Shown: positions 1 to 9,824 of the stretch, piece after piece | Layout of the letters: each line of letters begins with the position of its first letter | Position numbering within the stretch: the stretch's first letter is position 1 | Assembly: GCA_021650915.1 (NCBI GenBank) | Contig: CP091279.1 | Location: 3,840,001-3,872,000 of the forward strand | DNA length: 32,000 bases | Direction of reading: 5' to 3' | DNA from: Candidatus Brocadia sp. | Lineage (GTDB): Bacteria; Planctomycetota; Brocadiia; Brocadiales; Brocadiaceae | Made by a program: the position numbers and the translations under genes | Notes under the pieces: generated by a model | Seen by the model: only the letters and a program-made list of their open reading frames with translations | What the model was told of the DNA's origin: nothing | Databases searched by the model: none

Positions 1-1
1 A

Positions 2-205
2 TCGATATTTTTACTGCCGCCTGATAAAAAAACCTTGAGCCAACGCCTGGTGCAAAGAAATACCAATAGAGAGCAGGATATGGAACTTCGCTTAAAAATT
101 GCTGATAAAGAATTGGAATATAAAGACCGGTACAATCATTGTGTCGTGAACGATGATTTAGCGGTAACGGCAACTACCATCCGCAAAATACTTAATCTGA
201 CGTGA
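2..205 (+). CDS. gmk: Guanylate kinase, C-terminal fragment (5' end lies outside the window)
   Basis: Frame 2 is open from the window edge to the TGA at 203-205. It translates to SIFLLPPDKKTLSQRLVQRNTNREQDMELRLKIADKELEYKDRYNHCVVNDDL..., which matches the conserved guanylate kinase C-terminus (I.PPS...L..RL..R.T......RL..A..E......D..VVNDDL). Confidence 0.75.
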   Translation, partial: SIFLLPPDKKTLSQRLVQRNTNREQDMELRLKIADKELEYKDRYNHCVVNDDLAVTATTIRKILNLT

Positions 206-759
206 TCATGTCCTACCACATTGTCCTGGGAGTTACGGGAAGCATTGCTGCATATAAGGCGGTTGAGCTTGTCTCATGTCTGACGAAACAGGGAAATGAT
301 GTTGTTGTGATCATGACGTCCGCAGCCCAGCGTTTTGTTCATCCGGTGACATTCCGCTCCATTTCTCATAATCGCGTCGTAACGGATCTTTTTATTGATA
401 ACGAGAATTACGACCCGAATCATGTGTCTCTGGCAGAACAAGCCGACTTGCTGGTAGTTGCGCCCGCTACCGCCAATTTTATCGGCAAGGTTGCATCGGG
501 TATCGCGGACGACGCCTTGACCTGCACCGTTATGGCGGCACGATCACCGGTTATCATTGCCCCGGCAATGAATGATAGTATGTATTTGAACCCCATTGTA
601 CAGGAGAATATAAAGAAGCTGACACGCCATGGGTACAGGATTATTGAGCCTGAGGAGGGCAGGTTGTGCACGGGGCGTGTGGGAAAAGGCAGATTGGCAG
701 CCGTTGAGAAGATTGTTGGAGTCATTGCAGAAGAGCTGAACAAGATGAGGAAGAGATGA
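202..759 (+). CDS. coaC: Phosphopantothenoylcysteine decarboxylase, stand-alone flavoprotein (CoaC domain only, no CoaB half)
   Basis: 185 aa. The N-terminus is IVLGVTGSIAAYKAVELVSCL, with ...VAPATANFIGKVASGIADDALT..PVIIAPAMN..M further in, typical of the Dfp/CoaC flavoprotein fold. A GTG at 202 overlaps the gmk stop; ATG at 208 is an alternative start. The stop overlaps the dut start (ATGA). Confidence 0.8.
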   Translation: MIMSYHIVLGVTGSIAAYKAVELVSCLTKQGNDVVVIMTSAAQRFVHPVTFRSISHNRVVTDLFIDNENYDPNHVSLAEQADLLVVAPATANFIGKVASGIADDALTCTVMAARSPVIIAPAMNDSMYLNPIVQENIKKLTRHGYRIIEPEEGRLCTGRVGKGRLAAVEKIVGVIAEELNKMRKR

Positions 760-1205
760 ATACGCTGAAAATAAAGGTGATGAGAAGGCAGGGCTGTGAG
801 GATTTGCCTTTGCCCCAATACATGAGCGAAGCGGCAAGCGGTATGGATTTATATGCGGCTGTGGATACGCCGGTTTTGATCGAACGCAATGAAATTAAGC
901 TGGTGCCTGCCGGTATCCACATCGAGGTGCCGCGGGGATATGAGGCTCAAGTGAGACCGAGAAGCGGCCTGGCGCTAAAACACGGGTTGACTCTCGTAAA
1001 CACTCCGGGCACCATTGACAGCGACTATCGCGGAGAAATCGGGATTATTCTCTGCAATCTCGGGAAAGAGAGGTTTACTGTTGAACGAGGGATGCGGATT
1101 GCGCAACTGGTGATCCAGCCGGTAACCCGGGCAGAATTAGTTGAGGTTGAACGTCTGGAAGAATCTCCGCGCGGGACCGGTGGTTTTGGCCACACGGGGC
1201 ATTAA
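756..1205 (+). CDS. dut: dUTP diphosphatase
   Basis: 149 aa with the hallmark dUTPase motifs SGMDLYA, RPRSGLALKHG, GTIDSDYRGEIGIIL, RIAQLV and a C-terminal RGTGGFGHTG. Confidence 0.95.
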   Translation: MNTLKIKVMRRQGCEDLPLPQYMSEAASGMDLYAAVDTPVLIERNEIKLVPAGIHIEVPRGYEAQVRPRSGLALKHGLTLVNTPGTIDSDYRGEIGIILCNLGKERFTVERGMRIAQLVIQPVTRAELVEVERLEESPRGTGGFGHTGH

Positions 1206-1245
1206 ATTGGAATTGAATCTTTTTCCCGCTTTCAGAAGGAATCAC

Positions 1246-3573
1246 ATGGGGAATAAACGTTTTTTACGGGGTATTACCGCGGTTATCCTTATAGCCTTCG
1301 CACTATTTTTCCTGTTCAGCTTCATCAGCTATTCCTCCAACGATCCGCCTTTTGCAGATTATCCGGTCAATAATCCAGTACATAATATCTGTGGGCCTGC
1401 AGGAGCTCAGGTTGCCGGATATGCCTTAGCCGGTATGGGGAGAACGTCTTATCTGATCGTTATCCTGCTCGGATGGCTGGGGTCACAATTTCTTTATAAA
1501 GAGTGGGTCGAATATTTGTGGGTAAGGGTGATCGGGGCGGTGCTCCTCTTGTTTTCCATAGCGTCTCTGTTAACCCTGGGGTGTTACTTGATAAAAAGGG
1601 ACTTTTTGTCTTTTAATTTTGGAGGGATTTTTGGGATTGTAATTGTCTCGAGGTTGTACGAGTATTTCAGTTTAACAGGCACCCTTATTGTTTTGGGATT
1701 AGGGCTGATTATTTCAGTTGTGCTCTTGCTCAATGCCACGCCCATTTCCCCCTTCATAAAAGAGTCAGGCAGGAAAACAAAAGAAGAAGAATTGTCTCCT
1801 GCGCGCGATTCTGAAGCACGAAATCTTGACCCGCTTCGTCGTCAGAAAGGTAAGGTCTCTGCTTGTGCAGGCATTTCGGCTAACGATACGCCGGAAAACG
1901 ATGCTGATGTTGCAGACACTGCCGTGGAAATAAAAACTGAACGGTACGAATTCAAAGACAGCCTTGCAAAAAAACAAAAAACGCATGATGATAAACCAGG
2001 TTTGAATGGAGAAGAGACAGCGACCGAGGAAGGGGAAGAAGATGCAGACAGGTATGATGCCTTATCTGTTGAAAAAAAGGAATCTTCTTATAAATTGCCC
2101 CCGCCGGAGCTTCTGGAGAAACCCGACGCCAGGGAACATGAGGATGACTGGGACCAGATTACGCAGCGTGCCCAGGTTCTAAAAAACGCCCTCGAACAGT
2201 TCAATATAAAATCCGAGGTCGTAGAGATAGAACGAGGCCCTGTCATTACTATGTATGAAGTGGAATTGGCGCCGGGGACAAAGGTTGGCAAGGTTGTGGG
2301 ACTTTCGGATGACCTGGCTATTGCCTTAAAGGCGCCCAGCGTAAGAGTGGTTGCGCCACTCATGGGGAAATCTTCCATAGGCATTGAGGTTCCCAATGTC
2401 CAGAGAAAGACGGTGATGTTGCGGGAATTGCTCGATGCTTCTGAAGACGTCCGGAAAAAGATGTCGATTCCTCTTTTGATTGGCAAGGACGTTGCCGGAA
2501 ATCCCGTTATATCAGATCTGGCGTCGATGCCTCATCTGCTGATTGCAGGGACAACGGGTTCCGGAAAATCGGTTTGTCTGAATTCAGTGATATTGAGCAT
2601 CCTCTTCATGCGTCATCCACAGCAGGTACAGCTTCTGCTGGTAGACCCGAAGATGGTTGAATTTTCATTATTTCGGGAAATTCCGCATTTAATCAGTCCC
2701 GTTGTGACGGATATGAAAAAGGCATCAGCCGTACTGGAATGGGCAGTGAATAAAATGGAGGAACGATATGCACTGCTTGCCAGCGTGGGGGTAAAGCACA
2801 TTAACGGCTACAACAGACTCGGCGTGTCAGAAATCAGGAAACGGTTAAATCCGGAAGGTGATGTTAACCTCGACGGGGTGCCGTTCTTTCTTCCCCATGT
2901 CGTTATTGTCGTGGATGAATTGGCTGATCTGATGATGGTGGCTTCCAAAGAGGTTGAGGCGTCGGTAATTCGCCTTTCACAAAAATCGCGCGCCGTGGGT
3001 ATCCACCTCATATTGGCAACACAACGACCTTCGGTCGATGTAATTACCGGGCTTATTAAATCAAATTTGCCTTCACGGATATCGTTTTATGTTGCCTCAA
3101 AGGTGGATTCGAGGACTATTCTTGATCAAAACGGGGCAGAAAAACTCCTGGGAAGCGGAGACATGCTGTTCCTGCCTCCCGGAACTTCAAAACTGGTGCG
3201 CGTCCAGGGGGCGTATGTAAGTGATGAAGAGGTAAAGAATGTCGTTGAATATCTCAGAAAATGCGCGTCACCGCAGTTTAGCCCGGAATTAAAATGCTGG
3301 AAAGGCGCGTCGGATAAAGATAACAGCGCCAGGGACGATCTGTATAACGAGGCGGTAAGAATTATCCTCGAATCGCAGAGAGGGTCGGTTTCACTCCTGC
3401 AGCGGCGGCTGGAGATTGGATACTCACGGGCTGCAAAACTCATTGACCTGATGGCAGAAGATGGGATTGTGGGGGAATATAAGGGAAGTCAGGCCAGAGA
3501 GGTATTTCTGACCTTGGAAGAATGGGATGCCCAGATGGCGCGCATGAATCAGGAAGAGATGGATAACGTGTGA
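1246..3573 (+). CDS. ftsK: DNA translocase FtsK
   Basis: Has an N-terminal polytopic membrane region, an acidic linker, and a motor domain with Walker A GTTGSGKS and VVIVVDELADLMM...LILATQRPSVDVITG. The C-terminal gamma winged-helix reads SVSLLQRRLEIGYSRAAKLIDLMEE. I chose the ATG at 1246, preceded by AGAAGGA, rather than the ORF-track start at 1141, which overlaps dut. Confidence 0.93.
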   Translation: MGNKRFLRGITAVILIAFALFFLFSFISYSSNDPPFADYPVNNPVHNICGPAGAQVAGYALAGMGRTSYLIVILLGWLGSQFLYKEWVEYLWVRVIGAVLLLFSIASLLTLGCYLIKRDFLSFNFGGIFGIVIVSRLYEYFSLTGTLIVLGLGLIISVVLLLNATPISPFIKESGRKTKEEELSPARDSEARNLDPLRRQKGKVSACAGISANDTPENDADVADTAVEIKTERYEFKDSLAKKQKTHDDKPGLNGEETATEEGEEDADRYDALSVEKKESSYKLPPPELLEKPDAREHEDDWDQITQRAQVLKNALEQFNIKSEVVEIERGPVITMYEVELAPGTKVGKVVGLSDDLAIALKAPSVRVVAPLMGKSSIGIEVPNVQRKTVMLRELLDASEDVRKKMSIPLLIGKDVAGNPVISDLASMPHLLIAGTTGSGKSVCLNSVILSILFMRHPQQVQLLLVDPKMVEFSLFREIPHLISPVVTDMKKASAVLEWAVNKMEERYALLASVGVKHINGYNRLGVSEIRKRLNPEGDVNLDGVPFFLPHVVIVVDELADLMMVASKEVEASVIRLSQKSRAVGIHLILATQRPSVDVITGLIKSNLPSRISFYVASKVDSRTILDQNGAEKLLGSGDMLFLPPGTSKLVRVQGAYVSDEEVKNVVEYLRKCASPQFSPELKCWKGASDKDNSARDDLYNEAVRIILESQRGSVSLLQRRLEIGYSRAAKLIDLMAEDGIVGEYKGSQAREVFLTLEEWDAQMARMNQEEMDNV

Positions 3574-3574
3574 T

Positions 3575-4894
3575 ATGAAGTCAAAAAAGGTTGCTTTAAT
3601 CAATTTGGGATGTCCCAAAAATCTTGTTGATGCAGAGGAGATTCTCGGCCGGGTGGCGGAGACCGGAAGCACGATTTGTCAGTATCCCGAGGATGCCGAG
3701 GTATTGATTATAAACACCTGCGGTTTTATTGACGATTCCAAGAAGGAATCGATAGATGCAATCTTCCGAATGGCAAAACTGAAAGAGGATGCCCGTTGTA
3801 AAAAACTCATTGTAACGGGCTGTCTTGCCCAGCGGTATCCAGATGAGCTGCAGAAGGAAATTCCTGAAATTGACCATGTGGTGGGATTAAAGGATTTTGA
3901 TACCCTGACCGGCTTGTCCGGCTCTGGCGATAAAAAGAAAAAGACAGCGGCGGCGCAGTGTAGTGACGATTGGCGCAACCGCATCCGCTTAACCCCGAAA
4001 CATTATGCCTATCTCAGGATTTCTGACGGGTGCGATAACCATTGTACCTATTGTGCCATCCCCGGTATACGCGGAAGGTTTCACAGCCGGTCGATAGAGA
4101 ATATCCTGGAAGAGGCGCGTCAGATGGCATGCGAAGGGGTAAAGGAAGTTAATGTTATCTCACAGGACACGACCTCATACGGCGTTGATTTATATGGCAA
4201 ACAGCAGTTGCATGTATTATTGGAGAAACTTTCCCGGGTAAAAGGTATTGAATGGATACGGATACTTTATACCCATCCGAGGCATTTTTATCCGGAGCTT
4301 ATTTCTGTTATTGGTCGGTCTGATACGATCTGCAAATATATCGATCTCCCTGTTCAGCATATCAACGACACGATTCTCAGGGAAATGGGACGGGGAGTGA
4401 CGCATGCACAAATCGAGCGGCTGATCGATGAACTCCGAAACCACATACCGAAACTCTTTTTAAGAACCTCCGTGATTGTGGGATTTCCCGGTGAAACCGG
4501 GGAGCATTTTGCCGAGCTTCTGGAATTTGTCAAACGCACTCAATTTGAGCGACTGGGGGTATTTCCGTATTCCAGAGAGGAAGGCACGCCGGCTGCGTCT
4601 TTGAAAAAACAGATAGCGAAAGAGATAAAGGATCAGCGGTTAAAGGAAATCATGCTCACACAACAAAAAATTATCTTGAAAAAGCACAAAGACCTGGTGA
4701 AAAGCACTATTGCCGTCATTGTTGATGAGCAAGGCAAGGCTGAGAAAACATGGCTGGGCAGAACTTACGGGGATGCACCTGATGTGGATAGCAAGGTCAT
4801 TATTCGGGAAAATCATTTGAAAATTGGTGACATTAAAAATATGATAATTACCGGCACTGCAGGATATGACCTGCTGGGAAAGACAGAAACCTGA
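3575..4894 (+). CDS. rimO: Ribosomal protein S12 methylthiotransferase RimO (radical SAM, TRAM domain)
   Basis: The N-terminal LGCPKNLVDAE...NTCGFI is the RimO-type UPF0004 domain. The radical SAM cluster is CDNHCTYCAIP. A C-terminal TRAM-like region is present. The start lies 2 nt after the ftsK stop. Confidence 0.9.
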   Translation: MKSKKVALINLGCPKNLVDAEEILGRVAETGSTICQYPEDAEVLIINTCGFIDDSKKESIDAIFRMAKLKEDARCKKLIVTGCLAQRYPDELQKEIPEIDHVVGLKDFDTLTGLSGSGDKKKKTAAAQCSDDWRNRIRLTPKHYAYLRISDGCDNHCTYCAIPGIRGRFHSRSIENILEEARQMACEGVKEVNVISQDTTSYGVDLYGKQQLHVLLEKLSRVKGIEWIRILYTHPRHFYPELISVIGRSDTICKYIDLPVQHINDTILREMGRGVTHAQIERLIDELRNHIPKLFLRTSVIVGFPGETGEHFAELLEFVKRTQFERLGVFPYSREEGTPAASLKKQIAKEIKDQRLKEIMLTQQKIILKKHKDLVKSTIAVIVDEQGKAEKTWLGRTYGDAPDVDSKVIIRENHLKIGDIKNMIITGTAGYDLLGKTET

Positions 4895-4929
4895 ATTGAC
4901 ATCAGGGAATTTTAAGCCTGCAGGGGCGA

Positions 4930-4957
4930 TTCATGAATTGCTCCTGCGAACAAGCCA
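4930..4957. repeat. 28-nt GC-rich palindromic element (GCAGGGGCGATTCATGAATTGCTCCTGC) downstream of rimO; possible terminator or REP-like element
   Basis: Its arms AGGGGCGATTCA / TGAATTGCTCCT are complementary apart from two positions that would be G-U pairs in a plus-strand RNA. It has the same length and the same arm ends (AGGGGCGA ... CCTGC) as the palindrome at 31811-31838. Confidence 0.5.
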
Positions 4958-4981
4958 GGACACAGAGTAAAAGAGGACTCC

Positions 4982-5557
4982 ATGGGATCGTTTGATTATT
5001 CAAAATACACGGCATTCAATCTTCCCAATCGTTTGACCCTACTGCGGCTCTTGCTGGCCATTGTGTTTTTCATGTTCCTGTCATACCGTTATTACAATGT
5101 TGCCCTTGGCGCATTTCTGCTTGCCTGGCTAACGGACTGGCTGGATGGATACTTAGCGCGCAAAAAGGGACTTTTGACTGATTTTGGCCGCATTGCAGAC
5201 CCCTTTGTCGATAAGATTATTGTCTGTGGTGGATTCATTCTGCTGATACAACATGCCCATGATATCATCCCCCCATGGATGGTTGTCGTGATTGTAGCGA
5301 GGGAATTTTTGGTTAACAGTCTCAGAAGTTACTCAGAATCAAGAGGGGTTGAATTTGGTGCAACGATATGGGGAAAGGCAAAGATGTTTGTCCAATCGTT
5401 CACTATTAGCTTCATCTTGCTCTTCTTCGCGCACCTCAAAGACCTAACCGTTATCAAACAGGGAATTGTTCTTATGCTGTGGCTTACCGTCGTTATTACG
5501 GTAGTTTCAGGAATTAAATATGTGGTAAAGGCTGGTCCCGCAATCTTGGCGAAGTAG
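4982..5557 (+). CDS. pgsA: CDP-diacylglycerol--glycerol-3-phosphate 3-phosphatidyltransferase (CDP-alcohol phosphatidyltransferase family)
   Basis: Carries the CDP-alcohol phosphatidyltransferase motif DWLDGYLARKKGLLTDFGRIADPFVDKI, an N-terminal NLPNRLTLLRL, and several TM helices. Confidence 0.85.
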   Translation: MGSFDYSKYTAFNLPNRLTLLRLLLAIVFFMFLSYRYYNVALGAFLLAWLTDWLDGYLARKKGLLTDFGRIADPFVDKIIVCGGFILLIQHAHDIIPPWMVVVIVAREFLVNSLRSYSESRGVEFGATIWGKAKMFVQSFTISFILLFFAHLKDLTVIKQGIVLMLWLTVVITVVSGIKYVVKAGPAILAK

Positions 5558-5936
5558 GAGATGGAGTTTCTTTGTTCTTTGGTAACCGTCATTTAGTATT
5601 GAGCGTGGTTATGCAGAATTTTCACGTTTTTAGGGTGACGTGGACAAATTTATTAGTAGCGTTGTCAGGGAATACTAATGAACGGGAAATGTCAGTTAAT
5701 AACTTTTTTCTTGGCAATGGATTTTTTGTGTTGTTACATTGCACGTCTACGGTAAATGCTTTTTGGCAAATTCTGAAAAACAAGAACGGACGACAATGGC
5801 AACCCCACAACCCCTGCGTTGGTGCCTCATGGAGCAAAAAGGATTTAAAAAACTTGCAATCTTCTTTGCTTGTGGTTCAATATCAAACCTAAATTGAGAA
5901 GATAAATTCCTGTCTTTTGGAGATCTGCAAAATATT

Positions 5937-6566
5937 ATGTCATTTCCTCATATCAGCGAAGACTTGAAGAGTGTGTCTGTGCGCATTGGTGGTATGTGCT
6001 TTACGGCAGAGGCGGTTTTAAGGCTTTGTATCGACGGTTTTATTGGTCATAAGGCAGAGCTGATTGGTGGCGCTCAGGAAAGGACGGTGTCTCTCAATGA
6101 AGAAGGGAATCAGTTGAGGAAGCTGCTCAGGGATAAAGCGACGGAGCGTACTGGTAATAAAGAACAGATTAAATATCTGTTAGCTACGTTAAGCAGTGTG
6201 AGGCTGGCGTTAAACGGATTGGATTCACTTTCGCGACATGTAAAATTCAAGATTGATGAGAAAATTATATTGAGCGACAAGGGCTTTGATGAGATTCGCT
6301 ATCTCTTTCATGCCTCACTCGATATCCTGAAAAGTGCGGGAGATACGATAGCAAACCGGAAGGAATCATTCATGAAATATGTCATGGATAAATGTGCAAA
6401 TCTTGAAATACTCGCAAGGCAGTACGCAGAGCGGCATGAGGAACGGCTGATTACAGGGATCTGCCTGCCGGATGCATCTCCGGTATACGTGTGCATTGTT
6501 GATAGTGTTTTGACTGTGGTGTGGCATATAAAAAATGCGGTAACGCGCCTCTTTGGGAAATGGTGA
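5937..6566 (+). CDS. Hypothetical helical protein (possibly PhoU/DUF47-like; weak)
   Basis: A 209-aa ORF with coding-like composition and no competing ORF. I recognised no diagnostic motif. Confidence 0.45.
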   Translation: MSFPHISEDLKSVSVRIGGMCFTAEAVLRLCIDGFIGHKAELIGGAQERTVSLNEEGNQLRKLLRDKATERTGNKEQIKYLLATLSSVRLALNGLDSLSRHVKFKIDEKIILSDKGFDEIRYLFHASLDILKSAGDTIANRKESFMKYVMDKCANLEILARQYAERHEERLITGICLPDASPVYVCIVDSVLTVVWHIKNAVTRLFGKW

Positions 6567-6712
6567 TAAAGAATGGCATTAACTCTGATAATGACGGCAT
6601 ACGGTAGTCAAGGAAAATGATGAGCAAGAAACCGGTATGCCTGCCGGAACTTCTTCAAAGACCTCATATGTCGTGATATGCGAGCGTATTTTCATTGTCA
6701 GACCGTTCTTGC

Positions 6713-7144
6713 TTAGTATTCCAGATTGTTTACCCAATCCGGACACCTCATCTCCTCAACGGCGTCGTAAGGCGGGGTGTAGGGCTTGATATCAAGAAGG
6801 GGAGTTCCGTCCAGCACATCCAGCCCTTTTACCGTAAGAATATTCCCCTTTCTTTCAAGCGCCTTAACGGTTGTCATGCCTATGGGATTTGGTCTCCAGG
6901 GACAGCGGCAGGCAAAGATGCCCACCTCCGGCACATCCTTTTTCCCCTGTGGTCTCATAGTAAGCCTAACTCTATCCACCTTGTCCAGCCAATAGAGGAT
7001 AATCAGGTGGGAATAGTCGTCGATCCCTCTCAAACCATCAGAATAATCAGCGTCAACGACTATTTTCGTAATCAAATCCTGCCATCCGCCAAACTTTGGC
7101 TGCTTTATGGGGCTTTTTATGTAACCGATAGGTTTTAATTGCAT
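6713..7144 (-). CDS. trmO: tRNA (N6-threonylcarbamoyladenosine(37)-N6)-methyltransferase TrmO / TsaA-YaeB family
   Basis: 143 aa with MQLKPIGYIKSP, ...SHLIILYWLD, RPNPIGMTTVKAL and LDVLDGTPLLDIKPY, which are characteristic of the TsaA/YaeB family. Confidence 0.85.
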   Translation of the reverse strand: MQLKPIGYIKSPIKQPKFGGWQDLITKIVVDADYSDGLRGIDDYSHLIILYWLDKVDRVRLTMRPQGKKDVPEVGIFACRCPWRPNPIGMTTVKALERKGNILTVKGLDVLDGTPLLDIKPYTPPYDAVEEMRCPDWVNNLEY

Positions 7145-7409
7145 ACGATTTCTTCGTGAAAAATATCTGTTGTAATCTTTAATTCCATTAAATGCATTTT
7201 ACAGGCTTTGTCGGGAGGAAGTCAATAATCACTAAAAATTCTGTTTCTTCCCCTCTCTTCGTGAAGGAAAAGGTTGGTAATTCTTCAGAGACTGATTATA
7301 ATAAATTTTTAAAGCATAACAGTTTGGCTCATTGAAAGATGTATCTGTGTATTGACTTTCCAGGAGCTAAATGAATCTAATTTTCCGAAGTTAAGAAGGA
7401 GTATATGCC

Positions 7410-9242
7410 ATGAGAACAAAGTCTCTCCGCAGAGGATTCTTTATTATAGTTTGTATCTTACTCTTAATTCCTCAAATTATCTTTGGAGAAACATCTCCTT
7501 TTAGCGTAAAGGTATCTCTTTTAAAGGATCATGTCCCTGCTGGTGATCTTATCCCTGTTACGGTAAGCCTCATGATTGCCCCCAACCATCGTGTTTATAA
7601 GGATCAAGTTAAGGTGGAGAGTGGAGATCCTTCCCGGTTTACCATTGTTTCTACAGAACTTCCTGCAGGAAAGATCAAGTATGATCAATTCCTGGAGAAA
7701 GAGGTGGAAAACTATGAAGGACAATTAGAGATAAAATCATTTGTTCAGATACCAAAGGACACGCCAACCGGACTTCAGGAGATAAAGCTTAAGGTACACT
7801 ATCAGGGGTGTTCGGATAAATTCTGCTTTCTCCCAAAGGTTGAGGAGTTTCTTATGTCTGTTCAGGTGGAGCCCGCCGGGTGGGGTATGCCGGTATCACA
7901 GACGGAAGTCAAACAACCGCAAGCGGCTTTAAAATCTGAGAAAAAGGCCGAGATAACGGGTCTTCAAAAGACCATTGAGAGCCGCGGTATCTTCATATCG
8001 CTTGCCCTTATCTTTTTGGCTGGTGTGGGTCTCAGTTTTACCCCCTGTGTGTATCCCATGATACCCATTACGGTGGCAGTAATCGGCGGTAAGGCTGCGG
8101 GAGAACAAGCCTCAGCCAGGAAACCCCTGTCGGCTTTTTTTCTTTCTCTAGTTTATGTCCTGGGTATCTCAATTGTCTATTCTGCCATGGGTGTAGCGGC
8201 GGCCTCTACTGGCGCATTGTTTGGTTCTGCCTTGCAGAGTCCGTGGGTTATCGGGTTTGTCGTGGTGGTTTTTGTCGGACTTGCTTTGAGTATGTTTGGG
8301 GTATATTATCTGCGGGTGCCATCTCTCATCTCAGACCGACTGGGAACAGAGACGGGAACGGGCTTTATTGGGGTCTTTGTTATGGGATTAATATCGGGAA
8401 TTGTGGCATCACCTTGTATTGGTCCTGCACTTGCCAGCTTGTTAGTCTATATTGCCAGCACAGGAAACAAATTCCTGGGGTTCTGGATGCTTTTTGTTTT
8501 TGCTTGGGGATTGGGCGTCCTGCTGATCGTGCTGGGAACATTCTCCGGAGTCATAAAGGCCCTCCCGAAATCAGGGGGCTGGATGGAGACGGTGGAGAGG
8601 ATCTTCGGGCTTCTTTTAATAGGAGTCGCCCTGTATTACTTGCGGTTCATTATTTCAGAGGGTGCCTTTATTATGAGTTTAGGGCTTTTTTTAATTGTGA
8701 CAGGGGTATTTTCGGGGGGTTTTGACCGACTGACCCATGAGAGCACTGTCTTTCAACGAGCCAAAAGGGCTTTTGGTCTCATAGTCTTTATCTTTGGTGT
8801 CTATTTTCTTGTGGGACATCTCATGATCAGGGGTTTTATTTTACCTCCCTTTTCGACTGCTACCCCTGGCCAATCTGTTGAGATGAGGGAGAAGATCGAT
8901 TGGGTGTATGATGAGGAAGAGGGGCTGAGGCAGGGCAGGGAGAAGGGTAAAATAGCAATTATTGATTTTTGGGCAGAGTGGTGTGCTGCGTGCAAGGAAT
9001 TTGATAAGTTTACCTATGCCGATCCTGAAATTATTAGGGAATTACGAAGGTTCGTAAATATCAAGATCAACAGCACCAAAAGTGACGATTCAAAGGTTAA
9101 GCAGCTTTGGGATAAGTATCATGTGGTTGGCTTGCCTACGATCGTGTTTGTTGGCAAAGACGGAACGGTGCTCACGGATAAAACGATTACGGGATTCATA
9201 AATGACAAGGAGTTTCTTGGTATTTTAAAAGGCTTAGAATGA
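7410..9242 (+). CDS. dsbD: Thiol:disulfide interchange protein DsbD (N-terminal periplasmic domain, CcdA-like membrane core, C-terminal thioredoxin)
   Basis: Has a signal peptide, then a central polytopic region with the paired Cys motifs FTPCVYPMIPI and ASPCIGPAL. The C-terminal thioredoxin fold carries FWAEWCAACKEF and VGLPTIVF. An AAGGAG RBS sits 8 nt upstream. Confidence 0.87.
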   Translation: MRTKSLRRGFFIIVCILLLIPQIIFGETSPFSVKVSLLKDHVPAGDLIPVTVSLMIAPNHRVYKDQVKVESGDPSRFTIVSTELPAGKIKYDQFLEKEVENYEGQLEIKSFVQIPKDTPTGLQEIKLKVHYQGCSDKFCFLPKVEEFLMSVQVEPAGWGMPVSQTEVKQPQAALKSEKKAEITGLQKTIESRGIFISLALIFLAGVGLSFTPCVYPMIPITVAVIGGKAAGEQASARKPLSAFFLSLVYVLGISIVYSAMGVAAASTGALFGSALQSPWVIGFVVVVFVGLALSMFGVYYLRVPSLISDRLGTETGTGFIGVFVMGLISGIVASPCIGPALASLLVYIASTGNKFLGFWMLFVFAWGLGVLLIVLGTFSGVIKALPKSGGWMETVERIFGLLLIGVALYYLRFIISEGAFIMSLGLFLIVTGVFSGGFDRLTHESTVFQRAKRAFGLIVFIFGVYFLVGHLMIRGFILPPFSTATPGQSVEMREKIDWVYDEEEGLRQGREKGKIAIIDFWAEWCAACKEFDKFTYADPEIIRELRRFVNIKINSTKSDDSKVKQLWDKYHVVGLPTIVFVGKDGTVLTDKTITGFINDKEFLGILKGLE

Positions 9243-9824
9243 TAATGAAATGATAGCGATACTGGAATCGGGTTTTTATTAAAAGATGGTTGACTTTATC
9301 CGAAAATAGCATAGCATCAGGCGAATGGTGAGGGTTATGCTAAAGCAATAACGAAAATCTTTCAGATGAATTTGAATAGTTTTTTATTTTTTGTTGGAAT
9401 AACGCTTGATTATTCACTGGTATCGTTATATGATGTTTCCGTTTTAAAATTTATGCAAAGGATTTTGGTAGTAACTCCGAAAAGAGTCCTTTCATACGTC
9501 AAAATCAAGAGGAAAATGGAATGTTGTTAGGAAAGCGTGAGTGAAAACGAAATATTTTCAAATCTTTTATGCACCAATCCTCTGTTTGTGCAAGTTTTTC
9601 GCAAAAGCCTCGTTTGTATTTACTTGTCAGTCGCATGTGTTAAAAAATAAACAATCAATAAACTCCTTGAAATTAAGGACGTAGGGTAAAGTTTGTAAAT
9701 CATTCAGGACAATTGGTACAATTGTTGTTATGGTCAAGGATAACCTATTTCAATGGCTTAATGTGTTGTTTCGTGCCTGCCGTTTACCGAGAGGTGTTTG
9801 AGAATATTTTCGTAAAATGCATTC

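Noticed and set aside
1141-1245. The ORF-track start of ftsK at 1141 overlaps the end of dut.
   Set aside because: The extension MRLNVWKNLRAG... is simply dut read in another frame. The ATG at 1246 has an AGAAGGA RBS and begins the expected N-terminal membrane domain.
5572-5892. A 106-aa plus-strand ORF and a 71-aa minus-strand ORF lie in the pgsA-to-5937 gap.
   Set aside because: They have no RBS, odd composition (FFLGNGFFVLLHC..., Trp/Cys-rich) and no recognisable motif, and the two overlap each other. I treat this as non-coding intergenic DNA. No tRNA-like cloverleaf was seen.
8243-8725. A 160-aa plus-strand ORF lies inside dsbD.
   Set aside because: It is an alternative frame of the strongly supported DsbD membrane core, and its Gly/Cys/Arg-rich translation is typical of off-frame reading.
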